64,000 nt of DNA from Callorhinchus milii (GCF_018977255.1 NW_024704743.1:82896001-82960000); one strand, 5' to 3'; shown: positions 33,435-46,672, counted from the stretch's first letter. A program made the numbers and translations. The notes: generated by a model not told the origin, from the letters alone.

Positions 33435-36400
33435 AGATGAAAGTATAGGACAAAACCTTATAGAAGTGGAGGACAAATTCTGACATAATCACCACGTCAC
33501 ATTATTTTTACAAATGAATTGAAAGTTCCATTGTAATCCCACAGAAAAGGCAGTAATCTGTGAACTGATGTGATAGGTGCCTCCAACATAAGACCATCTG
33601 CTGTTTTCATGAATGAGACCTTTGCTTGACATCGGCACAAGGGTCATGTGTCAAAGGAGAATCAAAACCAATGTGAGATTTATTCCATTCCAAGTAACCC
33701 AGCCAATAATGGAGCAATGTGTACAGTGATTGTCAAAAAGGGGCAGCGTGAAGAGACTCCTTTTTGGGGTTTGGGGGAGGAAAGATTATGCATCTGCTTT
33801 CCATGAGGTTGGCAAAAGATACAAAGGATTGAACGAGCAAAGGAGCAAAATATACAAAAGAATCTGTGATCTATTAAAATAAGATACATTTACCAATGCA
33901 ACTATAATAATGAGAAGGGATCAAATAGAAACTAACTTTCCGAATGCCAGACAAATATCCCTTTTCCTGTGATATTGTTGTGGTCTCAGAAAACCCCCCA
34001 CAGCAAGTGCTGTTAACCCGTTTTTTGCGCTCATGTTATATCTCCTTTGCTTAACCTTTCTATCCCTCCCTGAATTGGTATTGCTCTCTGTGATGTCGCA
34101 TCATTCCCTCCAAGTTGTTTTGTGTTCTTGATGGCCACCAGAATAGTGACTGGAGCTCTGCAGCTTTACTATGACAATGGAAGTATTCGGGGAAACTTAA
34201 GTGCAAGTGTCAAGACATGACTGCTATTCAGACTCCCCTAATTGGGAGTCGAAAGCTCGAGTGTTGTAACTACTGATCTCCCCTGGTTCTAACCCTGTTT
34301 TCAATCCATGATGTCTTGCCTGTAAGGCAGTAGTTTGTCCATTGTATCAGTATAGTAATGCTTAATCTTTTATCTGCTGATTTACAGTATGTGTGCCATA
34401 TCAGTGGCATTGCATTTAATTCAGAGGGTCTTGATTTACAGCATGTGTGCAATCTCAGTCTTGTCTTGTGCACCCAGATTACCCAGAGTTAGTGTTTGTA
34501 TGTGTGCGTGCTGTATCAGTACAGGATTGCTTCTTTTAACATGAAGATAAAATCATGTCACTGGGTGCCACATTTTTCCAAAACCCATTTAACCCTTTAG
34601 AGGAACATGTTTTTTTCCCCCTTTTTTCTGGACACCACCCATAATACAAGTGTATTGCTTTTAAACATTTAGTGTTTTTCTGTGTTGGTACGATTTGAAT
34701 CTTACAATGGATCTGCAGCCATGTTCATAAGGTGCAGCACTCCCAGAACCAGCAGAGCTGATTGATGCTTTATGATGACATTCATTAACCATTAGAGAAG
34801 GTCACTGGCAGGATGAGAAACAAGTGTGACTTATGGATTTTACCCAACCAAACAGTTAGAAATTCAGCTTGCGACTGTTACCTGAGTGTCGCTCATTTTC
34901 CATTAGTTACTGTGTGTTACTTAGAAGTCAAACACTGGCAACCTTAAACCAGCTCCTCAAATAGGTGCGTCCTCTCTCTCCTGCCACCCCCCCCCCCCCC
35001 CCAAAAAAAAATCAGATTTTAATCAGAAGCAGTCTGAGGCACTACAGTTGATAGAAATTGCTCTCTTAACCAAGACAGGATGTCATTCTTCAGAAAGGGT
35101 GGAGAAATGGGCTATTCAAGCAGTCTGATAGCAAAGCTGGGAAATGCTGCCAGGCATAACCTTGTTTTGTAAGCAGCAGGCAACAGCGCTTTATCTGACA
35201 GACAGCGTGTAAATCTGTCCCCAGAATGTCCAGATGTTTAGTTTCCTACCAGTCACTCTAATAATCTCCTTATTTTCCTCTGTTAGAGTGATAACATCAC
35301 TTTTGCAGAATGAAATGCAGGCAGAATGCTGAGGTATGCTGCTCTTCATCTGCCAGTATATTTTATGATTGACACAGACAAAACATAAAATGGAAGTGCT
35401 GGCGTACTAATACTGAGCTTGACGTTATGTTTATAATGTCATTATTATTTGATAATGTGTGGTAGAAATGTGCAAATAAGTTCTTTAGAAGGAAAACACA
35501 TAGAATCTTCAGTTGTTTTCTGCGCTTTAATTCTGTTTCTTTGGCTGGTTTTATGATACAATGCAAACGGCACTCCAATTCACAATCCAGGTCCCCTAAA
35601 TACTTTGTGTTCTGCACAATCACTTGAGAAACTGTTGACACAGAAGCGTTATGGGACATTAAGAAAAGTGGTACACTGAATATTGGAGTGTTTTTTTTCT
35701 TCACTTTCGCCACTTAAACCTGCATACACAGAGAAGTGGTTCAAGTACCCTATTAATGTATTTTTTGTTTATTTTGCCTGGATTATATTTGCGCTTAGCA
35801 AGGTAAGAGATGACATGGCTGAGGAAAATTTGTTGGTGACATTGCAACCAGAAACTACATCATGCTGCAGAATCACTACAGTCAAGTCTAAATTGAGGGC
35901 TCGTCCACAGTGTCCCTCAACATCAGACAACCAGAGGGACACTGCATTTTGCAAATACTCCTTGTTTATTAGATGGATGTTAACTATTTCATACATTTAT
36001 AGTTGTCAATTATTTCTTTTTGACTTTTATCTTACAGCGAGAGCCAAAAGGCCCAAACATCCCAAAACGTTAATCGTGACTCTAAATCCAACCCAACAAA
36101 TGCTTCAAGGTTTCAATAAAATATTACATTCTTTTTTCTTCTATGCCCTCCATCCCCCCCACCACCTCCCAAATACTACAGTATATTATAGTGGTCTTCC
36201 AGTGAATTCTGGTATTGCTCATTCAAATTTTCAATTGGTATTCGTAAACCTTTTTTTCAGACATAAGCAGTCCAAATTCTGGAGCTGGTGTCTTTCAGAT
36301 TCTTTTAAGTCATCCATAACAATCGTGGTTTAATGTTACAGCAGATGAACGTCAACATTTGTAAACTTTGAAGTGTGTTTCTAGGGATGTTGGTGTTGTA

Positions 36401-37356
36401 GTTCTTTCAGAGATTGGAGAATACTTGTTTCTGGGTTGGATAAGTGCATGCAGGCTTAGACACACCACACCTCAGCAGTTTGGTAGCTGGATGGACGTTG
36501 CTGGTCATATGCGATGATGCTAAATGCTATGTTGTTACGTTACATCAAATCTAGATTTATTTATTTTATACAAATATTTAATATAGTATTGTATAGAAAT
36601 ATAAACATGTGGATAATTATCCTGGAAATAATAACTCAGAAATACTATTCAAAAACATAACGCAATGGTATCCTGCCAGGGAGCAAGATTTACAATAATA
36701 TTTATGCTGCACATTCCGTTGCAAACCATGGCTGGTACTCTTGTATTACTTCAGCCCAGTAAATCTCTTGAGGACAAGGGGCAGGCAGCCTTTCTGGCAA
36801 CAGTATCAGTTTAATCAATGCCGGTTACCACATGGAGTCAAACCCATTGAAGTTTGTCTCGTCCTTGTACAAAAGCTTGGAAATGGGATACTCGGCAGCA
36901 GTGCCTGTAATTCCAGGCTATGTGTAGGAAGCATGTGTGCGTGTGCCACAGCAGTAGCTGAATTCATACCGGCGTGATTGGTTGAGTAGTCTTGTATGAA
37001 TGGCTTTCCATTTAGCCTTTGCTCTGACAGCGTGTGCCCTGGATAAGTGGGGGACTATACAGGTGAAATCTATTCTCACATTTGCCTTCAGGGGCAACTG
37101 GACTGTAACAGAATTTTTCAAACCCTTTGGGTCCAACTGCAAAGCAGAGAATAAATGGCTAAAGTGCTGGATCTCGACAGAAAAATCAATGCCTGGTTAT
37201 ACAGACGTGACAGACCCAGGCTACAATTCTGTCTGCAAAACTCCATACAGTTTCCACGCTTCATTTTCTAAAATGCTCTGGTGGTATTATGCAAATGCAT
37301 TTTTCCCCTCTTTCTTATTTTCCCTTTTTTCTTCCCTCTTGTTTTCTTTGCAATAG

Positions 37357-37523
37357 GAAATTTGTGTGCGAGATTTGCGACCGAACTTTCACAGAGAAAT
37401 GGGCTTTGACCAACCACAAGAAGCTGCACATGGGCCAGAAGCCCTTTAAGTGCACCTGGCCAACATGTCACTATTCTTTCCTCACAGCATCTGCCATGAG
37501 GGATCACTTCAGGACTCATACAG
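37357..37523 (+). CDS. ZNF407: ZNF407 internal coding exon (167 nt, phase 2 to 1): (R)KFVCEICDRTFTEKWALTNHKKLHMGQKPFKCTWPTCHYSFLTASAMRDHFRTHT(G), two C2H2 fingers
   Basis: Long polypyrimidine tract and TAG acceptor (37354-37356); donor ACAG|GTTTGT at 37524. The peptide matches the distinctive ZNF407 fingers (FTEKWAL..., KCTWPTCHYSFLTASAM) and joins the next exon in frame. Confidence 0.95.
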
Positions 37524-37911
37524 GTTTGTTGTCACTTTAACACAAAGTAAAAATGCAACTGTAGAACCTATAAAATGCATCTTAGAATAGCTTTTCAAGC
37601 TTTTGATGTATTTTTTTGTACCTGTAACGGAAGTTTTATCCCTCAATTTCTAACAATTATTATAAAATAAAATGGTAAAATTCAAGGAAAATGGTAAAAG
37701 ATGATGTTATCAAGGTAACATATCTGTTTATGAACAGCCAAGGGCACAATGATCACCACCAATGGCTTTATGGATCTGCCTATCGGCCAGTTTCTGATGT
37801 TTTATGTAGTCCATCCAATCTCTAATGCCAAATTTATGTGGCTGTAAGTTGCATTGAAAGGGTTGATTTTGTGTGATACAGATTGGGTTCCTTCCTCCTT
37901 TACCATTTCAC

Positions 37912-38075
37912 TTCATGGCTATTTGTGGAATATCGCTGTATGCAAATTTGCTGTCTCTTTCGACTGCAAAATGCAGTCGCCACACCTTACAGTAAATCTA
38001 GTGAAGTTCTTTGAGAAGCCCTTCTGTTGTGAAAGATGCTATATAAATACAAAATGCAAGAATTATTATTATTAT
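37912..38075 (+). mobile_element. Old DeuSINE 3' half
   Basis: GGCTATTTGTGGAATATCGCTGTATGCAAATTTGCTG...GAAAGATGCTATATAAAT. Confidence 0.65.
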
Positions 38076-38443
38076 CTCAGCTGTCACATTCCACCTGGTG
38101 TCCCACTGCAATCTAATACTTTNAAAAGAAACCCAGATAGCTCAGTCACTCTGCCTTCCAAGTTGATTAACAAAAGATTATCATCTAAAAATATCCTCCT
38201 TGATGAGTGAGGGTGTAAGTAGGGTCCCTGTGACTGTTTCGGCTTTGAGAAGACACATCTGGCAAAGTGAAGCAGATGTGGAGTAATGCAAGTGTGTGGC
38301 GCATCACATCAGTGAGCCTTGGAAGTGTGGATATGTCCTCATTTCTATAAGCCAAAGTCCTATTGGGTAGGAAAGCCCTAGTTGGATAAATACCACTCTG
38401 CGTGGTTAAAGTTTCATTTATAAGATTGCAAAGTATTCGGTTT

Positions 38444-38658
38444 TTTTTGGTCAGCCGGGTGTCTGACACATGCGAAAGCCCATCACCATATTTGAGTATC
38501 CGAACCAAGCAGAGATTTCGATGCGTCCCACCCACACATGGAAATTCCAGAGACAGATTGTTGGAATGGAGTGTGCACTCCCTCCCTGGAGGGATGCATC
38601 CTGCTTAACTAATTCCAGAAAGTATTAGGTCCAGGTTGGAAAGAGTCAAGGCTTGGTG
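38444..38658 (-). mobile_element. Second copy of the 15645 SINE-like element (central domain)
   Basis: Reverse complement aligns by eye to about 15650-15860. Confidence 0.6.
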
Positions 38659-39937
38659 TTAATGCCCCTGTCATTGATACCTTAATTATTTTTATTATTA
38701 CATTTGACAATTTGGTTAATTGCAGCTATATTAGATTCTAACTTGTGTGAAAGGGCATTTTGATGTTGAAGTGGTTCAACTCGTACTACACTATTCCAAT
38801 GCTTTTCCTTCACCTGAATGTTGCCTCTTTATCAGCTGTAAAGAGACTTACAACAACAACTTTCATTTATATAGCGCCCTTCACGGGGTTAGCGTCTCAG
38901 AGCACTTGATGTTTTAGGGCTTTTTGTGATTCTAAACCTCCCTCACCCCAGAGTATTTGTACAGGCAAGTCTGTTAAATAGTTCTCTCTCAAGCAGCAAT
39001 TGTTAAATCACAATCATTCCCATGAACATTCCTGTGTTCTGGCTGGTTCCTGAGTGAGCTTTCAACCTGGACTGAGGATGTCTTTGGAAGACAAACAGTG
39101 TGTTGCACAGCACTGCTCCTAGTCTGAGCTCATACTCATTCATCTCATGGATGCACAAATATGGGTAGATATTTTAACAAAAGCAACGGTTTACTTAGTA
39201 CTGTGAACGAATAATTGAATAGCAATTACCTACTTACCCATTTGTTGTAAGAAAGAATCAAGAATAATCCAGTTGATTGAAGGACTCAACCTGTGGTCCT
39301 CAGTTAACTGGTCTATAACACAGTACATTTACAAAATGGGTTATTGTTTAAGTCTCATGGAGTGGACAGAATAATTACCTGCTATTTTTATGACACCCCC
39401 ATATTTTAAACAACATCTAAAGGGGGATAAGATGTCGTTTGAAAGATGAGAGTTCCTTCTGTAACCACAGCAGGTCTCCTATCTAAGCATTCTCCTATTT
39501 TCAAATGAACTCCTCCCAGAAGCTTTTGATGAGATCAGTGTAGGTGGCTGCATCCCGTAGTGCTCTCAACTACATTACCACCTTTTATCCTCTGAAGAAA
39601 CAAGGTTAAATCAAGGTTAAACGATGGACCATCATGTCGAGAAACAATGCCTTGACATTATTACTTGACATGTGGCCATCAGGTCACAGCATCTAACTGC
39701 AACAATGCATTTCTTTTCGAAATAGAATAATACGTAGTGTATCAGGTTATTACATTATTGACATTTAGTGATGCACTGCTGTACAGGGAGATAGGACTTT
39801 GCTTCATGCCTGAAAGAGCTTCTCTGCATACTGAGTTCCCAATCTCAGCCCCAGTCATCGTCCTAGGGAAACGATGACCTTCTCCCTGAGGGAGAAATAA
39901 ACTTGAAAAGAAGCAAACACGAGTCCACACAAGAGCT

Positions 39938-39941
39938 ATGT

Positions 39942-39980
<39 letters not shown>

Positions 39981-40029
39981 AATGTATGTATGAATGAATG
40001 AATGAATGAATGAATGAATGAATGAATGA
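39938..40029. repeat. Compound microsatellite (TG)n-(TATG)n-(TGAA)n
   Basis: Directly visible. Confidence 0.95.
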
Positions 40030-40949
40030 GCCTCATAAGCCACTTGATCCCCGAGGTCCAAAATATTAGCCCTGCTATCTTTTCATTTCAACTTCAAGGT
40101 GCTTCTTGAATTAGTCCGGTGTCCTGTCCTTAATTAACCTACCCAGCAACCTGTCGCATGCACTGCTTATTAGACACTTAGTGGGAAGCGATGAAGGGGC
40201 CTGAGAATGTCTCATCGTGGTAGAAGATGGATACATGCCTTGTGGAAGGCAATATTGGAAAGAAATTGTATGAACAACATAGGAGGTGGAAAAGGTTTTT
40301 TTTTTAAAATTGTTTGCTTACTCTAATTTCTGCCCCAGTTAGTTTTATTATGAACCACGTCCAATTTAATATCTTGTGTGGTATTTTCATTTTACATTGC
40401 AATTAGATGACGACTCTGCCTTTGCCTATCCTGAGAGTAGACTTGCAGGGAAAGAATGATCTGATTTGTTGGATGCTTGAAGTAAGAACTCTCCCTGCTC
40501 TTATCGAAAATGTGATGGACGCACAATCCTTTTGCTTGAAGGCAACACATTCTCGTTCAGTGATTCCGTTTAAATGAAAAAAAATGAATCTGTCTCAATG
40601 ATTTTTCATTCCGAAATTTGCAATTATCTTAGCCTTAAGATTATTGTCTTACTATTTAAGATTGTACATAATTTTAGAAAAATAATAAGGTCACTCTTTA
40701 TTTGGAAGCCATTTTTCCACAGTTCTTAAAAGAAACTATGGGAAGCACCCTGCCTAATTAAAACTAACTTTAAGAATTTTGAATGTCAGAGCTCCAAAAA
40801 CGTGCTGTCCATTGTTAATGCCTTCCTCCCTCTAACATTAGTTGAGAAAGCAAAATATATTATAAAACAAATATAATTGAAAAACTCCACTGTTTCTCAT
40901 GCACACTTCCATATTTCCAGTCCCGCATGGAGAATTATATAATAATAAA

Positions 40950-41075
40950 TTGTTACATATGATGTAGGGCCTTCTCCAAAGTGCTTCACAGACTATAAGT
41001 ATAGCAACCATGTATTTTGTAGGCGAATGCAGCAACCAATTTGTGTGCAGAAATGTTCCATAAACAGCCATGAAG
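40950..41075 (-). mobile_element. Old DeuSINE 3' relic
   Basis: GCAGCAACCAATTTGTGTGCAGAAATGTTCCATAAACAGC is the reverse Deu-like domain. Confidence 0.6.
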
Positions 41076-41884
41076 TGAATGACCAAGAATTATCCTGTTT
41101 TAAATATTTCCTTAAAGTACCCATTAACAGTATGTATTAAAAGAGGTAAATGGGTTTCCTTGGAGCAGTCACAAAGAAACCCAGAAACCCACTTTACCTC
41201 TTTTTCCGTGAGGAGAGAGTTTGAATTTAGGTAAGAACTATTGATTATTGCATATATTTGTGTGATTATTTTCCGCAAACAAATTCTGTTTGCAAGCATC
41301 TTTAGGTGGTGTGTCTGGGAGGCCAAAACCTCCTTAGCTTCACTGACAGGGGTGTTGACGATTTAAGGTCTCTAGACTGCCCTGAGAGATCACTTATATC
41401 GAACACCAGATGAAAAGCCAGTGCAGATGTAATTTATCGTCAGTGTTTCCTTCTAAAGAATAATTGTGGAGACTTGGTTAAATCAATATTATAGATTTTT
41501 GTTGTTAGATTTTGTAGTCTGCACCATAATGAGAGATAGGGAACAGTGTCTGTTTCCTAATAGAAAATAAAGGATTTGTTTCCGTGTCATCATACATTTA
41601 CATTCAAAGGAGACATTTTTAAAATGTATTTTGCTTGTACTTTGCATTACATTAACATAATAGACACATTCTCCAAATTGGTTCTCTACCAAAATGCATT
41701 GCTTGTACACTGGTATTTATTTCTCCTCTTCCTCCATCTACCCCTCCCTCTATTAAAATAAGGGTTTTAAACCTTATGTGTTGAGCTAACCCTGCAGGGC
41801 TTTCTTTGTTGAGTAGAATAAGATTTGAAAGGGTTTTATTGTTGCAGGTTCTAGGGTGGTGGACCATCAACATGTGTTGCTGCT

Positions 41885-42175
41885 GAGATTAGACCTGTTG
41901 ATTCAATCTCTCCAACCCCTTGAGATCAGACACACTGGTTCAATCACTCTCCCCACACACCCACGCACCAAGATCAGACACATTGGTTCAGTCACCTCCC
42001 TCCCCGAGATCAAACACACTGGTTCAGTCACCCACCTCCCCAAGATCAGGCACACTAGTTCAATCTTCACAGCCCCCTGAGATCAGACACACTGGTTGAA
42101 ACTCCCCTCCATCTGAGATAAACATATTTGTTCAATCTCCTCCACCCACTCAGATCAGAACCTGGTGGAAACCCA
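41885..42175. repeat. Minisatellite, 8 units of about 36 bp
   Basis: Core (G/A)AGATCAGACACACTGGTTCA starts at 41885, 41922, 41970, 42006, 42042, 42079, 42115 and 42151. Confidence 0.92.
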
Positions 42176-42189
42176 CTGGCAGGCAGAGT

Positions 42190-42340
42190 CTTTGATATTT
42201 ATCACCCTGTCTCCTATAATAAAACTGAATTTCAAGCCACCTGCAGAATCTTCTATGTAACATCTTTGCAAGCCTCGGTTTAGAAACTTTATCAAATGCC
42301 TTTTGAAATTTAGCACATGTCAACTGGATAGACCTTACCC
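42190..42340 (-). mobile_element. CR1 RT relic
   Basis: TTTATCAAATGCCTTTTGAAA encodes FQKAFDK on the minus strand. Confidence 0.55.
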
Positions 42341-42409
42341 CTTGGTTTAGTTGTAGAATCCCAAGTAGTGTGTATCTTACCTTTTTTTTAAAGCCCTTGT
42401 AATATTGAA

Positions 42410-42775
42410 CTTTGCCTCCGAGTCAGAATGTTGTGGGTTCAAGCCCCACGTCGGGATTTTGAAATCATAATCTAGTTTGCTACACTCCAATCCAGTACTA
42501 GGGGAGTGCTGAATTGTTAGAGTGCTGTCCTTCAGATAAGATCTTAAACCAGGTGGACACTATTTGGAAAAAGGTGTCTTGATCCAACAATCCCCCAGAT
42601 AAAATTGGTTATTCACTTACTGGCCATTTGTGAAATGCGATAATGCTTTGCACAGCTTGACTGCTATGTTCTTCCTCAAAATACATAATCATATACTTTA
42701 CAGTACAAATCCTGTGAAACACTTTGAGACATCTTCCCTCTGTGAAAGATTCAGTATCAAATGCAAGGATTATTT
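42410..42775 (+). mobile_element. SacSINE1-like DeuSINE
   Basis: GCCTCCGAGTCAGAATGTTGTGGGTTCAAGCCCCAC (box B), body, and L2-like tail ATCAAATGCAAGGATTAT. Confidence 0.75.
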
Positions 42776-43845
42776 TTTGATTACTTTTTATTGATCATTT
42801 GAATATATCTTTTAAGCATCCTCCCGACTTTGGATGTTTGGATAACGGGCTTGTAATTTCTAGGTTTTGCCCTTTTGCAATATTAGAATAACATTTGTGA
42901 ATTTTTTTTTCCAAAAAGTGTGCTCTTATTTTCTGGAGCTTCACACACAGCAAGTTAGAGAAACTGGGTAATCCTTCTTCTGCAAATTAACCATTTTCAG
43001 CATATTACAATTTTGATAACAGCCCGCAGCACGGAAATTTGTATGCGAACACAAATTTATGAATCCAAAATACAGTTAAATAAGCAAGAGTTTGGAGAAA
43101 TATATTGTACACCTCGATTTGGGAGGGCGTGGGTGGGGTGGGGGGAGCAGTCTGGAGAAAGTTTATAACACTTCAAGACGTGATTTTTTTGTGAAAGTGC
43201 TTGAGTTTTGAACAGATTTGTTCACTGGAACTAACACTGGAAAAGTTGATTATAGATCAATGGCTAATATTAGTATGAGGATGAAGTTCCAAATCTGCAG
43301 CATTGTTGCACTTTCTTGTTAATGTATCAGTCGTAGATGCAGCATTCTCAAGGGTGTAGTTGGGAAGTGGCTGCAGGTAAAAGCTAAAGACTTTTTTCAC
43401 TGTGCATGAACAGTCTGTGCATCCAGTAATGGCTGTTTAAAAAACCTTCTATTTCCTCAGCCTGCTGTTGTTGTAGATGGACCAGTCAACACTGAGTGAC
43501 TGGATCTGTGGGAATTGAGAGGGAAAAAAGCAGGATATGCATAAAAACTGTTCAAGTGCGTAAAGCAGCCCCATCTGGAAGACATCTAACAGAAATGAAG
43601 TTGTACAAAACCATTCCATTGATATTAAAGCTAATTTTTATGGGTCTGACAAGTATGTAATTATGTTCAGTGGTGCTTTTCAGATTTTATCACAGTCAAT
43701 AAACTGCAGTGGTAATTTCATTCCCATTTGACATATTTACATGGAAACATTTGATTGGAGGAATTAGTAACCCTGAAAGTCTTGATAGATATGTTTTAAT
43801 GATCTGTGACCTCCACAGTCCCTTATCTGTTTATTGTTGCAACAG

Positions 43846-43929
43846 GAGAGAAGTCGTTCCTTTGTGACCTTTGTGGATTTGCTGGTGGAACACGTCATGC
43901 TCTTACCAAACATAGACGACAGCACACAG
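43846..43929 (+). CDS. ZNF407: ZNF407 internal coding exon (84 nt, phase 1 to 1): (G)EKSFLCDLCGFAGGTRHALTKHRRQHT(G), exactly one C2H2 finger
   Basis: CAG acceptor at 43843-43845; donor ACAG|GTCAGT at 43930. Translated by hand (absent from the ORF track) and in frame with both neighbouring exons. Confidence 0.95.
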
Positions 43930-45036
43930 GTCAGTCAGTAAGTTGTTCTCTTTAGAGCAACTGCACTCAGAGTAATTGTGCTCCATGACAGTGAACGTGC
44001 AACCACCGGACAAAAGAAAAATTGCAATTCCAATGCACTGACATTGACCTGCCCTGAAAGAAAAGGGCACTGTGCAGTTGGAATAAAATTGCTTTGGTGT
44101 GAAGTTATTGATATTGCAGCAATTTAAGGAGACAAACCATCCTTGCGAGTTTAAGAATGAAAGTAACTGGATAATTGCTATAATAGCCATTAAATATGGA
44201 AAACAAATTAGGTTGCTCCTTGATTGTTATGTATAATATAGATTTTAAATAAATATGGTAAATGGGAAGGGAATCCTTGATAAACGTATGGGGATAGGAC
44301 ATTAGGTCTTTGTGCAACTACAGTGATCACAAATAAATGTAGTTTTGTGACCTCTTTTTATGAGATGGTGGTCTGCAGAAACATGCTAAAATACATGAGG
44401 AAGATTGTTTTACAGGGTGTATATCATTTGCCAACAAAAAGTCAGTAAATGTGCTGGTGATTACCTTGAAACACTTTGACGTTTCGACGTTATAAGCACA
44501 ATAAAAAAGCAAATTCTTTCTTACATCTGTATTATTTGCAATATTTCCCTGTATTCTGAAGTTGAGTGTCTGTGTTCTGACAACTTACTAAACCACTCAG
44601 ACTTCAATCTTGAGCTTTATAATGTCCTCAGAACTTCACAATTCAATTACCGTCTTCTGTGTCAGTGCCAGCTAGTTGTTTTCCTATATTGAAGCTACGC
44701 TGCATTGTGATAAAAATGGAGCATTCTAGAATTTGTTAATTTTGAGATATTAAACACCAGGGCAACTGCATCCCCTAAAATAAAAGGTTAATCCAATCGT
44801 GACTATTGTAGTGTTATTTTAGATTGAATATTGGTAATGTCTTATCACGAAAGTTGTGAAAAAATTTGAAGTACGGTTTTTAAAATAGAAGTCTCAGAAA
44901 ATTGTGAATACGTACATCCCCTTTTAAGTATGTGTGATTGGTCTTTGGGCTTCGTGAATAAAAGCTCCTGAAAGATAATGGTTTTTAGTGTGGGGTTTTT
45001 AAATGCTAATATTGTACTCTGAAATTAAGAGAATGA

Positions 45037-45195
<159 letters not shown>

Positions 45196-46258
45196 TAACA
45201 GTTCATTAAATACCAGCTGATGTGAAAAAGATTAAAGGTGATGAGAAAAAGGTTTATTCAAATTAAAAATACATTGCCATTAAAACACATAATCAGCTTC
45301 AGTAATTACATATTTAATTAGGAATGAAATTTTCCCAAAGATTGCCTTTTTAAGGAGGCCATGCTTGCAAATAATTTTGTTGTTCGAGAAGTTATTCGAG
45401 AACTGGGGGATAAAATTCGCCTATAATAATGTTTAAATCTGCGAAGAAATAACAGGCTTTGTTTTATATTGAATGCAGGGAAGGAGTGGCATTATTTCTG
45501 AGGCTGTTGCCTAATGCAGTTACAGATGTTTTTTGCTGACTTTGGTCAAACAGAGAGGATTAACAAAGAGATCTGCATTAACTTGATGCTCATGTACAAC
45601 TTTAATCATTGTTGCTTGATAGTGGACTTTCATTTCTGTTTGAGTTAGTGATCAGTGTTCCACAAATGTGCTATTTAGTAATTGCTGCATTTAACGATGG
45701 ATCTTGAAATGGAGCAGGAGGATTGGTTGAAGAAATGTACCCTCCTTTTGATGGTTTTATTGACCTTTTGGAGGTTTCAATAGTGTTCAACAGGCAAGAA
45801 ATCCAAGGTAACCTGAAGGTTGACAGTTCAATCATATTGAGATTGAATGCATTTTTTAAACAGGGAATTTTCATTTTACAGTGTTTAAAGGTGTGTGTGT
45901 AGTTGGGAGGGGAGAGATACAGAAACGTAAAGCTAAGAAGTTTTTCATTGATCCATTTCTCAGAAGCATCTGTGATTTTCAGTCGACATATTTGCATGCA
46001 AATCAGATAAGTTTAGGTTAAATCTGAGTGAATTTTAGAAACTTAGCTAATTTGCTGCAATTTTTTTTACAAACTTTCTTTGGAGAAAGTTTGAAACTGT
46101 CCACCTCAGTTCTTTATTAAGAACAACTAAACATTTCAGTAATACTCTTTTTGATGTGAAAAAGGATTTTTTGAAGCACAAGTTTTAGTGCGCGAATGCT
46201 GCCTTTGGGTTACCAAGTGAAAAAAAAATTACCACTTCAGGAGATTTCAAAATGCTCC

Positions 46259-46308
46259 AATAATAATAATAATAATAATCCTTGCATTTGATATAGCGCT
46301 TTTCACGT
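46259..46308 (-). mobile_element. SINE/L2 3' tail only
   Basis: (TAA)n TCCTTGCATTTGATATAGCGCTTTTCACGTC. Confidence 0.75.
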
Positions 46309-46672
46309 CGGGAGGACAAGGGTGAAATTGCAAGGTGTGATGTGGTCGAGGCCAATTGATAACCATTGATTCGTAGCAAATAGTTGGGCCCAAAGGCACT
46401 GGTGACCAGGATTGGAGTTGCTAATTACGGAGCACTACATTTGAGTGCTGATTGCTGGAATACTAGCTTAACTTAGTTTAATTTAGAAGGAAACTTCAGT
46501 AATGTCTCAGGCCAACCACTCTGCCAATGTTAGGAAAGGTTAAGGACTCCTACCGTGTCTATAATAGACTAGCCTCATCCACAATTTTGACAATTTTCAA
46601 CAAATGATAATTTTCTTTGGTAATTATTACAGAAAAGCCCCCATTATAACATACTTCTTTATAGCACCAAAT

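Noticed and set aside
35683..36333. Longest ORF in the track (216 aa)
   Set aside because: Non-ATG start, crosses a SINE relic and AT-rich sequence, and has no recognisable domain.
41856..42080. ORF with repeated IRHTG, reminiscent of zinc-finger linkers
   Set aside because: A by-product of the 36-bp repeat; no Cys pairs and no credible splice sites.
41885..42175. CRISPR-like repeat-spacer array
   Set aside because: Vertebrate intron with no cas genes; the repeats are degenerate and the short C-rich spacers resemble each other, so this is a minisatellite.
43843..43848. NAGNAG acceptor CAGGAG
   Set aside because: GAG is a rarely used distal acceptor and nothing here indicates use.
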